Notes: generated from the sequence alone by a model not told the origin. Shown: positions 30,350-40,118, numbered from the stretch's first letter. The stretch is 64,000 bases of DNA from a virus (IMGVR_UViG_3300044614_000224:14839-78838); one strand, 5' to 3'. Made by a program: numbers and translations.

Positions 30350-31609
30350 TTATTGAAACCATGAAGTTGTAGGCTTGGGCTTATTTCCTGTTTTTGTAGA
30401 ACTTTTGCTAACTTGTCTAGCAACTTCACCAAACAATTCATTTGACTTCTTGGTGATACCAGTCTTTTGTATTGTAGATAATGTAGGATCCTTTTCTAAA
30501 ATCTTTAATAAAAGTCCAAGCTTAACCTTTGTTGCATGGTTTTCTGGACGTTTAAGTTCTAGAATAGTTTTGTCAAAATCTGTGAGAGTCTCACCAGATG
30601 CTGTCTTATACTTATCTACTAACAGGAAATCTTGTAGTTCACCAGCCAATTTAGGGTTCAGAGGAATACCGTCAAACTCTTTTGATTTTAGTTTTTCTTG
30701 TAATACAGACTGAACGTTCTGAACATATTGTTGTTTAACAGCAGCTTGCTGTTGTAATCTTTTCTCATTCTCTTGCTCCATTTGTTGAAGCTTTGCAGCT
30801 TCCTTCTTAACCAACACTTTGTGGTGTTTTGTAGCAACAGTTTCCAAATCACCGTAATTCTTAAGTCTTTCAACTTCTGTTGTAACATCCTCAGGATCAA
30901 ATCCTTGATCAGCTAGGGCCTGTTTAATTACTGCAACTTGGTTAGTTTCGTCTGCTAAATCCATCTCAGCGAAACTCTTTATATTATTATAAGTACCGAA
31001 ATACTCTTTTGGATCTACTCCTTTTACAAATATGGCATCAAATGCTTGTTGATAGTCTTCTCCAAATTGACCAATGAAGTTGTTTACCACCTCAATAGCT
31101 CCTTTCTTTTTCTCAGCTTGGAAACGCTCAAGGAATTCTTCTGGAGTGGAGATTGCAACTTCTTCTTCATCTTCATCTTGGGTAAATACACCAAGTTTGA
31201 AAAGGTCTTTAGAAAGAGATGTGAATGGACTAGCTGGTTCATCACCCTCTGTTTCTTCATCATCTTCTGTATCTGCAGGAGCTTTTGCTTTAGGAGCTGG
31301 AGCAGGAGAATCTTCATCCTCTTCCTCTTCATCATCTCCACCTAGTAAAAAGTCCTGTAAAGACTTTGTCTTATCTTCTTTATCTTCCTCATCATTCTCT
31401 TCTGGAGCAGCAGCAGGAGCTGTTGTCTTCTTTGCAGGTTTAGCTGCAGGAGCAGGTTCATCTTTAATATCTTGAATATCATCAGGATTGGTAGTAGAAG
31501 TCTCAGGAGCAAATAAGTCACTTAAAAGCTCTTGGTTTCCCATGCCCATTTCCATAGTATCTTGAATACTAAAGTTTCCCATTGATGGGTTGTCTAGATT
31601 TTCAGCCAT
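30350..31609 (-). CDS. acidic scaffold-like protein (419 aa)
   Basis: Long D/E runs (DDEEEEDEDSPAPAPKAKAPADTEDDEETEGDEP) and a predicted coiled-coil Q/K-rich C-terminus, located between portal and capsid. Confidence 0.45.
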   Translation of the reverse strand: MAENLDNPSMGNFSIQDTMEMGMGNQELLSDLFAPETSTTNPDDIQDIKDEPAPAAKPAKKTTAPAAAPEENDEEDKEDKTKSLQDFLLGGDDEEEEDEDSPAPAPKAKAPADTEDDEETEGDEPASPFTSLSKDLFKLGVFTQDEDEEEVAISTPEEFLERFQAEKKKGAIEVVNNFIGQFGEDYQQAFDAIFVKGVDPKEYFGTYNNIKSFAEMDLADETNQVAVIKQALADQGFDPEDVTTEVERLKNYGDLETVATKHHKVLVKKEAAKLQQMEQENEKRLQQQAAVKQQYVQNVQSVLQEKLKSKEFDGIPLNPKLAGELQDFLLVDKYKTASGETLTDFDKTILELKRPENHATKVKLGLLLKILEKDPTLSTIQKTGITKKSNELFGEVARQVSKSSTKTGNKPKPTTSWFQ

Positions 31610-31641
31610 ATGTAGTTTGTTTTATTATTGGTTTTCAGGTG

Positions 31642-31672
31642 TAAAAGTATATTATTATAAATTAATACCAAA
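31642..31672 (-). promoter_or_regulatory. Bacteroidetes-type promoter candidate upstream of the scaffold/capsid genes
   Basis: Minus strand reads TTTG-(19 nt)-TACTTTTA. This matches the -33 TTTG / -7 TAnnTTTG consensus at 7 of 8 positions, about 30 nt upstream of the ATG at 31609. Confidence 0.4.
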
Positions 31673-31730
31673 GAGGTAGTGCATTATACGAACCATTATT
31701 CACGATAATATAGCATTAATGTAATTCACT

Positions 31731-32261
31731 CTAATCAAGATTGTTTGTAATTGTGTCATTTATTAACCTAAAACTCTTAATTGGAGCCAGATCAGTGAGT
31801 GTAACTTGTTGAATTTCAACACCCCACTTCCTTGCTTCAACCCTCACCTTCTTAGTTAATGTGTTATCAAGTTCTGCATCTGTACATTCTTCCAGGGACA
31901 TAGACATGATTACATTTTTTATGACACTTTGTGACATATCAGCTATTGCATCTTGGGCATCAAACACTTCTAACAGGAATGTTTTCACATCTGATATCTT
32001 GTATTTGATTACACCCTTGACAACAATGTTCTGTCTATCACTAGTATACAAAGATTGTGCTGGAAGACTTAGTGTTGTAATAACGACATGTTGGTCAATC
32101 ACCTCATCTACAAATGGTATCTTTGGGTGGAACCCAGGTTTTAACACCTTTTTAAATTTACCAAATCTTAGAAGGACTGCTTCCTCGTAATCCCTGATAA
32201 TAATACCAGGGAGTACGTCTGAGCCAAATTGTAACACAACATCAATCAGCCTATCTAACAT
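31731..32261 (-). CDS. SPFH/band-7 (stomatin/prohibitin-like) domain protein (176 aa)
   Basis: The segment ADMSQSVIKNVIMSMSLEECTDAELDNTLTKKVRVEARKWGVEIQQVTLTDLAP aligns by eye to the SPFH core of stomatin (...LRNVLGTKNL...WGIKVERVEIKDV). Confidence 0.45.
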   Translation of the reverse strand: MLDRLIDVVLQFGSDVLPGIIIRDYEEAVLLRFGKFKKVLKPGFHPKIPFVDEVIDQHVVITTLSLPAQSLYTSDRQNIVVKGVIKYKISDVKTFLLEVFDAQDAIADMSQSVIKNVIMSMSLEECTDAELDNTLTKKVRVEARKWGVEIQQVTLTDLAPIKSFRLINDTITNNLD

Positions 32262-32263
32262 AA

Positions 32264-34849
32264 TTACTTAGTTTTCTTATTCGCTCTACCCTTAGCATTC
32301 TCTTTAGCAACAGCTAAATCATTTGCCATATTCTCTCTAGCTATTTGATTCTTCTCTTTATCAATTTTTAGTTTTTGAGCAGCTAATGCATTCTTAGATT
32401 GAATATCACTTATTTTTGCTTGGTAATCCTTAGCAGCTTTTGATTGTTCAAATGCTAACTTGCTGATTTCCAATACATCAGGAGTTCCAGATGTGTCTAA
32501 ATCAGATAGAGGACCTGATTTTGCTTCAGCAGCAATAAGTGCAATTTCTTTCTTATTGATTCTATCAAGTTCCTTCTGATAGTCATCATGAGCCAATTGT
32601 TTCTCTTGAGCTTCTTGAGCTTGTTGGATTTGAGCCATAGCTTGTTGTTGCTGTTGCTCCATTTGTTGCTGTTGCATATCCAACTGTTGTTGTTGCATAG
32701 CATCTTGTTTGTCCTTGAGACTCTTAAACACCTTCTTCATCTTACGTACAGAATCAGTGCTGTAAAGTTCAATGATGTCATGTAGTGAACCACCATTTTG
32801 TATAACAGCTTGAGACAATCCACGTAATTCATTAAACATCTTCTGATCTTCAGGACGATTGGTTAAGAACACCTTAAGGTCACGGAATCTGAGATCAGTT
32901 CCATTCACCTGTACGAAAGCAGACTCTCCATCAGATGTAATGTATGATAGGGTGGATTGTGGTTTCTTAGATTCCACATATAAAGCAGCATCAATAATAG
33001 CCTGGTACAACTGACCAAGAACATACTCATGAGCTACGAATAAAGGTTCTGTTTGAGAATAAGACTGTGTGATAGCTGTGTTTGTACCTGTAGCACTCTC
33101 ACTAGCTGATACAGATCCCATTCTTTGTTTAGACATACCTACAAGTTCCCAACACTCTTGCTTAAGTTGCATAGCTAATGTGTAACGAGATTGAATCTCC
33201 TGCGTACGTGTAAGGTCAATATCTCTGAACTGGTTAAAGCTAGAAGGACTCTTTAAGTTTTCAGGAGAGTCATCAATAAATACAACCCCTCTGTTACGAG
33301 CTTCTAGTTCCCACATATCTAAAGCATCTTGAGCATCACCATCCTTAGGAACAGGAATATGTCTGATGGATGTTAAATACACCTTACCAACTTCCTTCTC
33401 AAGAAGTGTGTAAAGCTGGTTCATACATACATTATATAACACCTGGAACGGTTTCATTAAGTCTACTAAGCTCTTAGCTTCTGTATTCTTCACCTCATGA
33501 ACCAATCCAATGATAGGACAATAGCTTAATAATTTGTAAGGTTTGATGTGGTAGATGTCTGGACCAATCTTAATACCCTGATACCATTGGTTAATCCAAC
33601 CCCATTCTAGAGAAATCTCTGTGGGAATAGTCTTGCTCTTATAGTTTTCATCAACAAGCATAGATTGCTCATTGCCCATTTCATCTGTATAGATTAACTT
33701 ACCAATCTTCTTTTTAGAGATCCAATAAGCTCTAACCACCACATACTTATAACCAAATGAGCTCACATTAGATGTAAGTCCCAAGAAGTCTTTAAGTCCA
33801 TCATCGTTCTCTTTCATCTCTGATTCAATGATCATTCTTGTTTGTAGAACAAGAGGATCGTATGTATCATATTGTACTGAATCAATACCAGGTGTCGCAT
33901 CTGGATTACCAAGATTTGATTCACGTACGTTGATCAAACCATAGTCTTGTAAAGAACTACGTAAGTGATCTATTTCATCTTTAGTTAAATCAGGAATAGC
34001 CTCGATGATTTCAGATAGTTCCATCACCTGTACAATACCAGCAGCATAAGCTCCTTGTGCTCTACCTGTAGGATCTGAAACATACTTTCTATCTGGAGTG
34101 GTTAAGAACCAAGTGTTCTTAGGGTTAGCCACCTCAATATTAAATCCAAGCTTTGAGTTATCCTCATATATATGATAGAACTCTCTAGCTGAAATTAACA
34201 TATCTCTGAAGGCATCTTCTGATTTCTCTTTAAGATTAAACTCAGCCTTCTGACATGTAAGAATGTGGTTAGCCCATTTCTCAGCAATAGATGTGTAGCT
34301 ATCTAGCTCATCTTTCACTTGCTCCATTGTCATTTGCTGAAGTTCTTCTTCTTCTAATTCAGCTCCTTGTAAATCAGCCTTAGCTAAAATCTTTTGTTTA
34401 GCCTGATTGATAACGTATTCCTGTAGAATACCAGTTTTGAATTCTAGTTCTTCAGATTGACTATCATCATCAAATGCCTTCACACGGAAAGCATCTGGTC
34501 TCTTAGAGATCTCACCAACTAACTCATTAAGAGGAGTGGTGATGATAGAATACATCTTCACATATGAAGGAAGATTTAAATTAGCCTCAAGAGTTTGTGT
34601 AAAACTACTTACAACAGGCTCTTGATAGAAGTCCTCCATACGCAAAATACCCTTGACAAGATCATAGTTCTTGACAAAAGTGTCTCTGTTCTTCACATAC
34701 TCAGCGTATGATTTGTTGGCAAAATAGTCCATTGTGTTTTTAATCCAACTCTCATCTTGCTTCTCCTTCTCAGTTTTAAACTGATCAGGAAATATATTTA
34801 AATATGCATACCTAATTGTAGCATCTTTTGTATACCGTATAATTGCCAT
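32264..34849 (-). CDS. portal protein (861 aa)
   Basis: Large ORF directly downstream of terminase with a TAATG start/stop overlap. Gln-rich C-terminal tail. Canonical position after the large terminase. Confidence 0.6.
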   Translation of the reverse strand: MAIIRYTKDATIRYAYLNIFPDQFKTEKEKQDESWIKNTMDYFANKSYAEYVKNRDTFVKNYDLVKGILRMEDFYQEPVVSSFTQTLEANLNLPSYVKMYSIITTPLNELVGEISKRPDAFRVKAFDDDSQSEELEFKTGILQEYVINQAKQKILAKADLQGAELEEEELQQMTMEQVKDELDSYTSIAEKWANHILTCQKAEFNLKEKSEDAFRDMLISAREFYHIYEDNSKLGFNIEVANPKNTWFLTTPDRKYVSDPTGRAQGAYAAGIVQVMELSEIIEAIPDLTKDEIDHLRSSLQDYGLINVRESNLGNPDATPGIDSVQYDTYDPLVLQTRMIIESEMKENDDGLKDFLGLTSNVSSFGYKYVVVRAYWISKKKIGKLIYTDEMGNEQSMLVDENYKSKTIPTEISLEWGWINQWYQGIKIGPDIYHIKPYKLLSYCPIIGLVHEVKNTEAKSLVDLMKPFQVLYNVCMNQLYTLLEKEVGKVYLTSIRHIPVPKDGDAQDALDMWELEARNRGVVFIDDSPENLKSPSSFNQFRDIDLTRTQEIQSRYTLAMQLKQECWELVGMSKQRMGSVSASESATGTNTAITQSYSQTEPLFVAHEYVLGQLYQAIIDAALYVESKKPQSTLSYITSDGESAFVQVNGTDLRFRDLKVFLTNRPEDQKMFNELRGLSQAVIQNGGSLHDIIELYSTDSVRKMKKVFKSLKDKQDAMQQQQLDMQQQQMEQQQQQAMAQIQQAQEAQEKQLAHDDYQKELDRINKKEIALIAAEAKSGPLSDLDTSGTPDVLEISKLAFEQSKAAKDYQAKISDIQSKNALAAQKLKIDKEKNQIARENMANDLAVAKENAKGRANKKTK

Positions 34850-36876
34850 TATGTAAAAAGTTTACGTTTTCTATTATTAAATATTCCTCTTGATGTAGAA
34901 AATAAAGGGTTCTTTGGTGTTCCTGCGTACATTGCTTTCACTCTATCATCACTAGATCCACCAATCTTTCCAAATATAGGATCCATCTTAAGTGCTTGAG
35001 CGATAGCTAGTTCTGCAGCAATGATACGGTCAAAGTTACCTGAGTCATTGTACTGAATAACTTCTTCAAGCAACACAGGATCAAATATCTTACTCACACC
35101 TAACACTTCTCTTACAGTCTCACCAGCTTCATTCGTCTCCTTATATATCGTTCCTTCCAAATACTTCTTCAAGCAGTTGTGAAGATAGTCAATTATCTTC
35201 TGACTTGAACGATGAATTCCATACTCACGTTTAACCGTTGTGTTTGGAACAATCTCCATAAGCCATTGAGGTTGCTTTTCTAAATAGTGAGCATCTCCTT
35301 TAGCTTTCATATATTCTATAAACGATATATCATCATTCTCACAAAGCGTTCTAGCATTGTAATATTTGATGAGTAGACGAGCTTGTTCTTCCCAAGTTTC
35401 CTTCTTCTCAGGTCTAGCACAATACGAAGCTACGAACATATCTTGATATTTCTCACCTGTTAGGTCATGCATTCTTTTATAAATATACACAGATCCTAAT
35501 GAGCTTGAATATGCAGATTGTCCTTGTCTATAAGGATCGACCCCAGCTACATATAATCCATATGGAGGATTATCAATAGGGAATTCATATATAACAACAG
35601 GAGCATCTTTCTGATCACTATTCTTAAGAGGGAAGTTAGATATAGGGAGCTTATCTGTAAACTCGTGACTTATCTTCTCTCCATCATTAAATAATATAAT
35701 AGGTGTACCTGTTCTTTCTTGTTGTAATAGTTTGCTCTTCTGCCTTTTAGCAGCCTCAATGTCAAAGATGTTTGTATCTTCATTGAGGAATATGTCATCC
35801 ACTTCCTGTGGGTAGTACATCTTTTCTTTTAGATAGGCAACTCTATCACCAGCTTTCTTAAGTCTTTCTAAGTTTTGCACAGTGATTTGGTCAGCCTTTT
35901 CTTGGTCACTTACTAACATCTCAATCTTATGCAAATCAGATGTGTAAGGTTCATTTAGGAAAGCTCCGAGTGTGCTCTTATCCTTAGCCTCCATTCTATA
36001 CTTGTTAGATATAAAGAGTCCATGTATGCGAGCTGTGTCTTTCTCATTATTATATGTAAGGAAATTGAAGTTGTCTACATCGAACATCAAGCTCTTTGCA
36101 TCCATAAACTTCTTCATGTCACCACCTGTACCTGTAAGGATTGGAGAACATCCCCAACCAAATGGTGTAGTGAAACCTGGAATTGCAGCTTGCAATCCAC
36201 GTAAGAAACTTCCTTTACCTATCTCATCAATGATAAGCTTTCTAGGTTTTGTACCTGCGATAGCTTCCTCATTATTACCTTCATCAAGGTTACGAATTAG
36301 AATGGAAGAAAAAGGGATACGTTCTCCACCCTTGGTTTTTATACCTAGTGTAACCTGGTTTTTCCAGTTATCCTCAATTCTCTGCCATCTCCAATATTCT
36401 GGAATGAAGTTTAGCCCCTTATCAATCTTATCTGTGATAAGCTTAATATCTGGAGCGTTCAAACCAGCAATAATGTTTTGTGAGTTTTCATCAAATGTTG
36501 CACCCCATGCAATATAAGATGCCTCAATAACGGACTTAGCAAAACGTCTAATACCTAGAATGACTAAGCCTTTTCTTTCTTTCTGTGCTCTGTCAATTTC
36601 GTTTGTTACCAGCCATTCGTTATCACGTAATAAAGGATTAGCATATTTCTGTGCAATCCTTCCATACTCATCAATAATATCCACCTCTGTATGCCATATG
36701 TTTAGGTGCCAATATAAAAAGGGGTTGATATATACACCCCCCATCATACAACCATTTAAACATAGGTCTTTGTGAAAATCATAGAATGCCTTATATTCTT
36801 CAGATGCTCTGTCTGGCAGACGCTTCTGATTAATAAACCAGTCTTTGTAATCTATACTCTGTACGTGTACACTCAT
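34849..36876 (-). CDS. terL: terminase large subunit
   Basis: Deviant Walker A (GIRRFAKS), Walker B (KLIIDEIG), and an RNaseH-like nuclease domain (YVAGVDPYRQG). The ORF track starts at GTG 36912; the ATG at 36876-36874 (MSVHVQ...), 1 nt after the upstream stop, is the more likely start. Confidence 0.85.
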   Translation of the reverse strand: MSVHVQSIDYKDWFINQKRLPDRASEEYKAFYDFHKDLCLNGCMMGGVYINPFLYWHLNIWHTEVDIIDEYGRIAQKYANPLLRDNEWLVTNEIDRAQKERKGLVILGIRRFAKSVIEASYIAWGATFDENSQNIIAGLNAPDIKLITDKIDKGLNFIPEYWRWQRIEDNWKNQVTLGIKTKGGERIPFSSILIRNLDEGNNEEAIAGTKPRKLIIDEIGKGSFLRGLQAAIPGFTTPFGWGCSPILTGTGGDMKKFMDAKSLMFDVDNFNFLTYNNEKDTARIHGLFISNKYRMEAKDKSTLGAFLNEPYTSDLHKIEMLVSDQEKADQITVQNLERLKKAGDRVAYLKEKMYYPQEVDDIFLNEDTNIFDIEAAKRQKSKLLQQERTGTPIILFNDGEKISHEFTDKLPISNFPLKNSDQKDAPVVIYEFPIDNPPYGLYVAGVDPYRQGQSAYSSSLGSVYIYKRMHDLTGEKYQDMFVASYCARPEKKETWEEQARLLIKYYNARTLCENDDISFIEYMKAKGDAHYLEKQPQWLMEIVPNTTVKREYGIHRSSQKIIDYLHNCLKKYLEGTIYKETNEAGETVREVLGVSKIFDPVLLEEVIQYNDSGNFDRIIAAELAIAQALKMDPIFGKIGGSSDDRVKAMYAGTPKNPLFSTSRGIFNNRKRKLFT

Positions 36877-36877
36877 T

Positions 36878-37213
36878 CTATCTTCTGTTCTTAAGAAACT
36901 CTTCTGCAGCACCAGATAATTCCCCTTTACCTCTCACTTCCACCTTAGCCTCTTCAACACTTCTTAGCTTGTCTACCACCTCAATTAGAGCTAGGTAGTT
37001 CTTCATTGTCTCTTGTACAAACTTACCTTGTGCCTCGATAGATGCAATTACCATTGGTAACATGCCTCCCTTAGCTGTAGGTTTCCACTCAATCCTATCT
37101 TTTAATTCATGTAGTGGGTTTGCATCTACGTAAGCTTTCCATGATGTGAGTTGTGACTCAGCCCATTCAAGCTCTGTATTTATATATGTAGTTTTCTTAA
37201 TAGTTGTCGCCAT
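36878..37213 (-). CDS. small protein upstream of terL, possible small terminase subunit (111 aa)
   Basis: Position only; ATG at 37213-37211. Confidence 0.3.
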   Translation of the reverse strand: MATTIKKTTYINTELEWAESQLTSWKAYVDANPLHELKDRIEWKPTAKGGMLPMVIASIEAQGKFVQETMKNYLALIEVVDKLRSVEEAKVEVRGKGELSGAAEEFLKNRR

Positions 37214-37487
37214 AATCTTCGTCTTCTTCTTTTAAAATATTGTCCAGATCCATCCCTTCCTTGATAATCTTATCAATCTCAGACTCATCTGTATGAGGGA
37301 CATCCATTTCAAGCTTTGTCTTGTACTTATCCATTACAAAAGCTAGCTCTTTGTCTGTCATTCCCCATATATCTCCATATTCATCAAGAGCTGTAGCGAT
37401 GTGTCTTCCCATGTTATACTCTGGGAATTCCTTATGTAGTTCTTGAAGCGTATGAATTATACTATTATAATAATTCTTCTTACTCAC
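37197..37487 (-). CDS. hypothetical acidic protein (96 aa)
   Basis: ORF. Confidence 0.4.
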   Translation of the reverse strand: MSKKNYYNSIIHTLQELHKEFPEYNMGRHIATALDEYGDIWGMTDKELAFVMDKYKTKLEMDVPHTDESEIDKIIKEGMDLDNILKEEDEDYGDNY

Positions 37488-37492
37488 TGTAT

Positions 37493-37741
37493 TTATAATA
37501 ATTGGTTTAGGTCCTCATCGGACAGTTTTATGTTTATTTGTGATTCGTCTGGGTCTAAATCTGTATCTTCCTCAGGAGACATATATGATGAGTTGAAGGC
37601 AATTCCTATTCTGTCCTGTTCCACACCATTAACACCAAGGATGTCAATGTAATCCACACCAGAATTGTATATTTCTGTTAGGTGGTCTAGTAAAACTGAT
37701 AAAGGAATCTTTCTTAATATGACATCATGGTTATTCTCCAT
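37493..37741 (-). CDS. hypothetical acidic protein (82 aa)
   Basis: ORF. Confidence 0.4.
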   Translation of the reverse strand: MENNHDVILRKIPLSVLLDHLTEIYNSGVDYIDILGVNGVEQDRIGIAFNSSYMSPEEDTDLDPDESQINIKLSDEDLNQLL

Positions 37742-38024
37742 CGATAGCTTGTTTTATTTCATCATATTCATCATCTGTCATCATCTCTTTCCACTTACCA
37801 ATAGGGCAAGCACATGACAGACATTTCGTTTTAGCAGATAGTGTACATCCACAATCTATGCAATGTACATCTGGTCTAATAGACTTATGTTTTGTAGATA
37901 TGTTCTCACAATCATTACAGATAGCCATTCTTTCCTCACTAACCTTAGTAATTAGGGCCTTCATTTCAGCTGGAGGAAACAGCTTGTTTCTCCATCCTTC
38001 ATAAACCTTGGATAAATCAATCAT
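37731..38024 (-). CDS. Cys-rich zinc-finger protein (97 aa)
   Basis: CNDCEN...HCIDCGC...CLSCAC gives eight or more Cys in CxxC-type spacing. Confidence 0.45.
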   Translation of the reverse strand: MIDLSKVYEGWRNKLFPPAEMKALITKVSEERMAICNDCENISTKHKSIRPDVHCIDCGCTLSAKTKCLSCACPIGKWKEMMTDDEYDEIKQAIDGE

Positions 38025-38367
38025 ATCTGAGCTTTGGTTTTAGTTGATTGATTGCTATGTGTGTATTAGCTAGTGTCACTGTAGCAGCATTTCTTCTCTG
38101 CTCTGTAATTGTGTCATCAGCTAGTATTTTTTCCATTGCCCCCACCTTAGCATGTAAGGCTTCTAGCTTCTTAATGGCCTTTTTGTTGTTAAAGAGGAAC
38201 TTACCAAATCCAGATATCTCTACGCTGTGGTTGGTTTCAAGGGCCTCGTTGGCTGATTGGAACTGATGGTTGACAACAGCCTCAATTGTCTTCTCACTCG
38301 TAAGCATCTTAACAGCTAGCGTCCTAATCAAATAGTCCTTAACGGACATGCTTATTGGCTTATCCAT
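38017..38367 (-). CDS. HU/IHF-like DNA-binding protein (116 aa)
   Basis: VEISGFGKFLF resembles the HU signature V.L.GFG.F.V; HU-like N-terminal helices. ATG at 38367-38365. Confidence 0.4.
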   Translation of the reverse strand: MDKPISMSVKDYLIRTLAVKMLTSEKTIEAVVNHQFQSANEALETNHSVEISGFGKFLFNNKKAIKKLEALHAKVGAMEKILADDTITEQRRNAATVTLANTHIAINQLKPKLRYD

Positions 38368-38722
38368 GGCTAAGGGTTATTTGTAAGATTATATCGTTCT
38401 CGAAGTTTAGGATGATGAGGGGATTAACCTTCACCTTTGTCCCATCTTTTACAAACACACCTAGCTTCTTAAGCTTGGAGATGATGTTGTTTATTGTAGG
38501 AGCTGTACTGTCGTATTTCTCACAGAACTCTGTTCTTATATTAGCGTAGCTAATGTTCCCCTTTATAGCTGTAAATGCCACGAGCTGTATCTCTCTCTGT
38601 GTAAGCTTCAACCCATTCAATGCTGACAATAGAGAATAGTACTTCTCAGCTGTAGCAAACTGATCCTCTACAGGCTTTTTAAGCTTCTGAACTATTGTCT
38701 TCTTGGTTGTTGGTTGTTCCAT
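38360..38722 (-). CDS. hypothetical protein (120 aa)
   Basis: ORF; first gene of the minus-strand block after the switch region. Confidence 0.45.
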   Translation of the reverse strand: MEQPTTKKTIVQKLKKPVEDQFATAEKYYSLLSALNGLKLTQREIQLVAFTAIKGNISYANIRTEFCEKYDSTAPTINNIISKLKKLGVFVKDGTKVKVNPLIILNFENDIILQITLSHG

Positions 38723-38801
38723 ATATAATTAGGGCAAAGGTAATTGATTTACAATCATCTACAAATAACTTAAATAGTTATTTATAACACCTAATGCTAT
38801 A

Positions 38802-39092
38802 TTATGCATCATTTTCTTGGTTATCTATCCAGAACAGAACACTAATGTTTACGAAAAAGAAACCTATACGTAATTCTCTCTCTACACTCTTATCATCTAG
38901 GATGAATTCTGTATACGATAAGCCTATAAGGAAATAAGGACTTCTAAACAGGTTAATCTCTAATGCAAAATCTATTTCGTTATACCTGGAGAAACCATGT
39001 ACTAAGGAAGTGACAATCAGTAGTGTGGCTATTATATATATCATGTTGTTTGTTTTTAACCCACCCTCCACCCCAAAGGTAATGGGAGGCAA
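38802..39092 (-). CDS. small membrane protein (96 aa)
   Basis: Hydrophobic N-terminal helix (MIYIIATLLIVTSLVHGF). Confidence 0.4.
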   Translation of the reverse strand: MPPITFGVEGGLKTNNMIYIIATLLIVTSLVHGFSRYNEIDFALEINLFRSPYFLIGLSYTEFILDDKSVERELRIGFFFVNISVLFWIDNQENDA

Positions 39093-39149
39093 TTCATATT
39101 AACAAATTTATTTTCAAATTGTGGATAACTTATTATATGCCTACAAATA

Positions 39150-39262
39150 TAATGTGTCATAAAAGGGACATATTATATGTATATGGGTATAATATGACAC
39201 ATTGTGTAAAGCAATAGCTTTACAATATGTAAAATAAGTAAAGCTATAGCTTGCCAAATCAG
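39150..39262. repeat. cluster of inverted repeats / palindromes in a non-coding gap
   Basis: atgtgtcata ... tatgacacat is a 10-bp inverted repeat with a ~30-nt spacer. atagctttac / gtaaagctat is a 10-bp inverted repeat. aagctatagctt is a 12-bp palindrome. Confidence 0.4.
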
Positions 39263-39292
39263 GAAGTAAAACACAGCCAAACCTGGAAGTGT

Positions 39293-39511
39293 CTAAATGA
39301 ATTCCACATCATCCCCCTTACCATTCATGGGATTGTCATACACCCTAATATCATCAGAGTAGAAATGTTTAATAACCCCTCCAGGTAGCCTAACTAACCA
39401 CACCGTATTCACATTAAGCCCATAGTCCATAATGAACATAGCCTCCCCTTCCCCATGTGCTTTACACCAAACAGGAATAGTTGGATTGAGCTGCAACATC
39501 ATGCCATACAT
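39293..39511 (-). CDS. hypothetical small protein (72 aa)
   Basis: ORF adjacent to the switch region. Confidence 0.35.
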   Translation of the reverse strand: MYGMMLQLNPTIPVWCKAHGEGEAMFIMDYGLNVNTVWLVRLPGGVIKHFYSDDIRVYDNPMNGKGDDVEFI

Positions 39512-39719
39512 ATATTACATTTTTATTTAATACAAATATACAACAATATGGTGAGACAAAAAAATTTTTCTAAACCTAGGGGGCTATTGTATGTATGGGG
39601 GAAGAGGGTACTTCTATTTGAAACCCCTCCACATCTTGCAGTGGTTGGGGTACTCCCCCAGTCATTGCAATTCATAATCAAAAAGTGCTTGCGACACATT
39701 AAACACTGCAACAAACACT

Positions 39720-40118
39720 ATGAGTACTAACACTCTTGAAATCAAAGGTAGACAAGTTTTGACAATCAAAGCTCTTGCTAGCGGAAAGAACTTACCTTAC
39801 GGTAAAGACACAAAGCTTGCAGGCAAGTCTTACAATCAGTACACTTACAATGGCACTGTGTTTATTGTTAACACAGAAGATGATTTTGTTAGTTGGAAAG
39901 AAAGCGGTAAATTGTACAGTGCTACCTTTACAGAAGGTTTTGTTGATAAAGAAGTAGACGGTGCAATGACAAAGGTTGCTACACTACAATTAGTAGGCTG
40001 TACTAACATTGACCAAGAGATTTCTATGGCTACCACAGAAGCTACATTGGGTAAAATCTACAAAGACGTAGAAGCCACTGCAGTTAATGAAAGCATTATG
40101 GATGCAATCACTGCATAA
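39720..40118 (+). CDS. first plus-strand (early) gene, hypothetical (132 aa)
   Basis: ATG at 39720; ORF. Confidence 0.55.
   Translation: MSTNTLEIKGRQVLTIKALASGKNLPYGKDTKLAGKSYNQYTYNGTVFIVNTEDDFVSWKESGKLYSATFTEGFVDKEVDGAMTKVATLQLVGCTNIDQEISMATTEATLGKIYKDVEATAVNESIMDAITA

Noticed and set aside
31074-31475. Ser-rich 133-aa plus-strand ORF, plus ORFs 31046-31345 (+) and 31084-31341 (-).
   Set aside because: Antisense or out-of-frame readings of the GAA/GAT-rich acidic scaffold-like gene.
34849-36912. Terminase ORF start at 36912 as listed in the ORF track.
   Set aside because: The codon at 36912-36910 is GTG (the track translates alternative starts as M). The ATG at 36876 abuts the upstream stop and is preferred.
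39455-39730. 91-aa plus-strand ORF spanning the divergent promoter region.
   Set aside because: It overlaps the minus-strand gene 39293-39511 and the start of 39720-40118. It has His/Cys-poor low-complexity sequence and no plausible start context; it is probably non-coding regulatory DNA.
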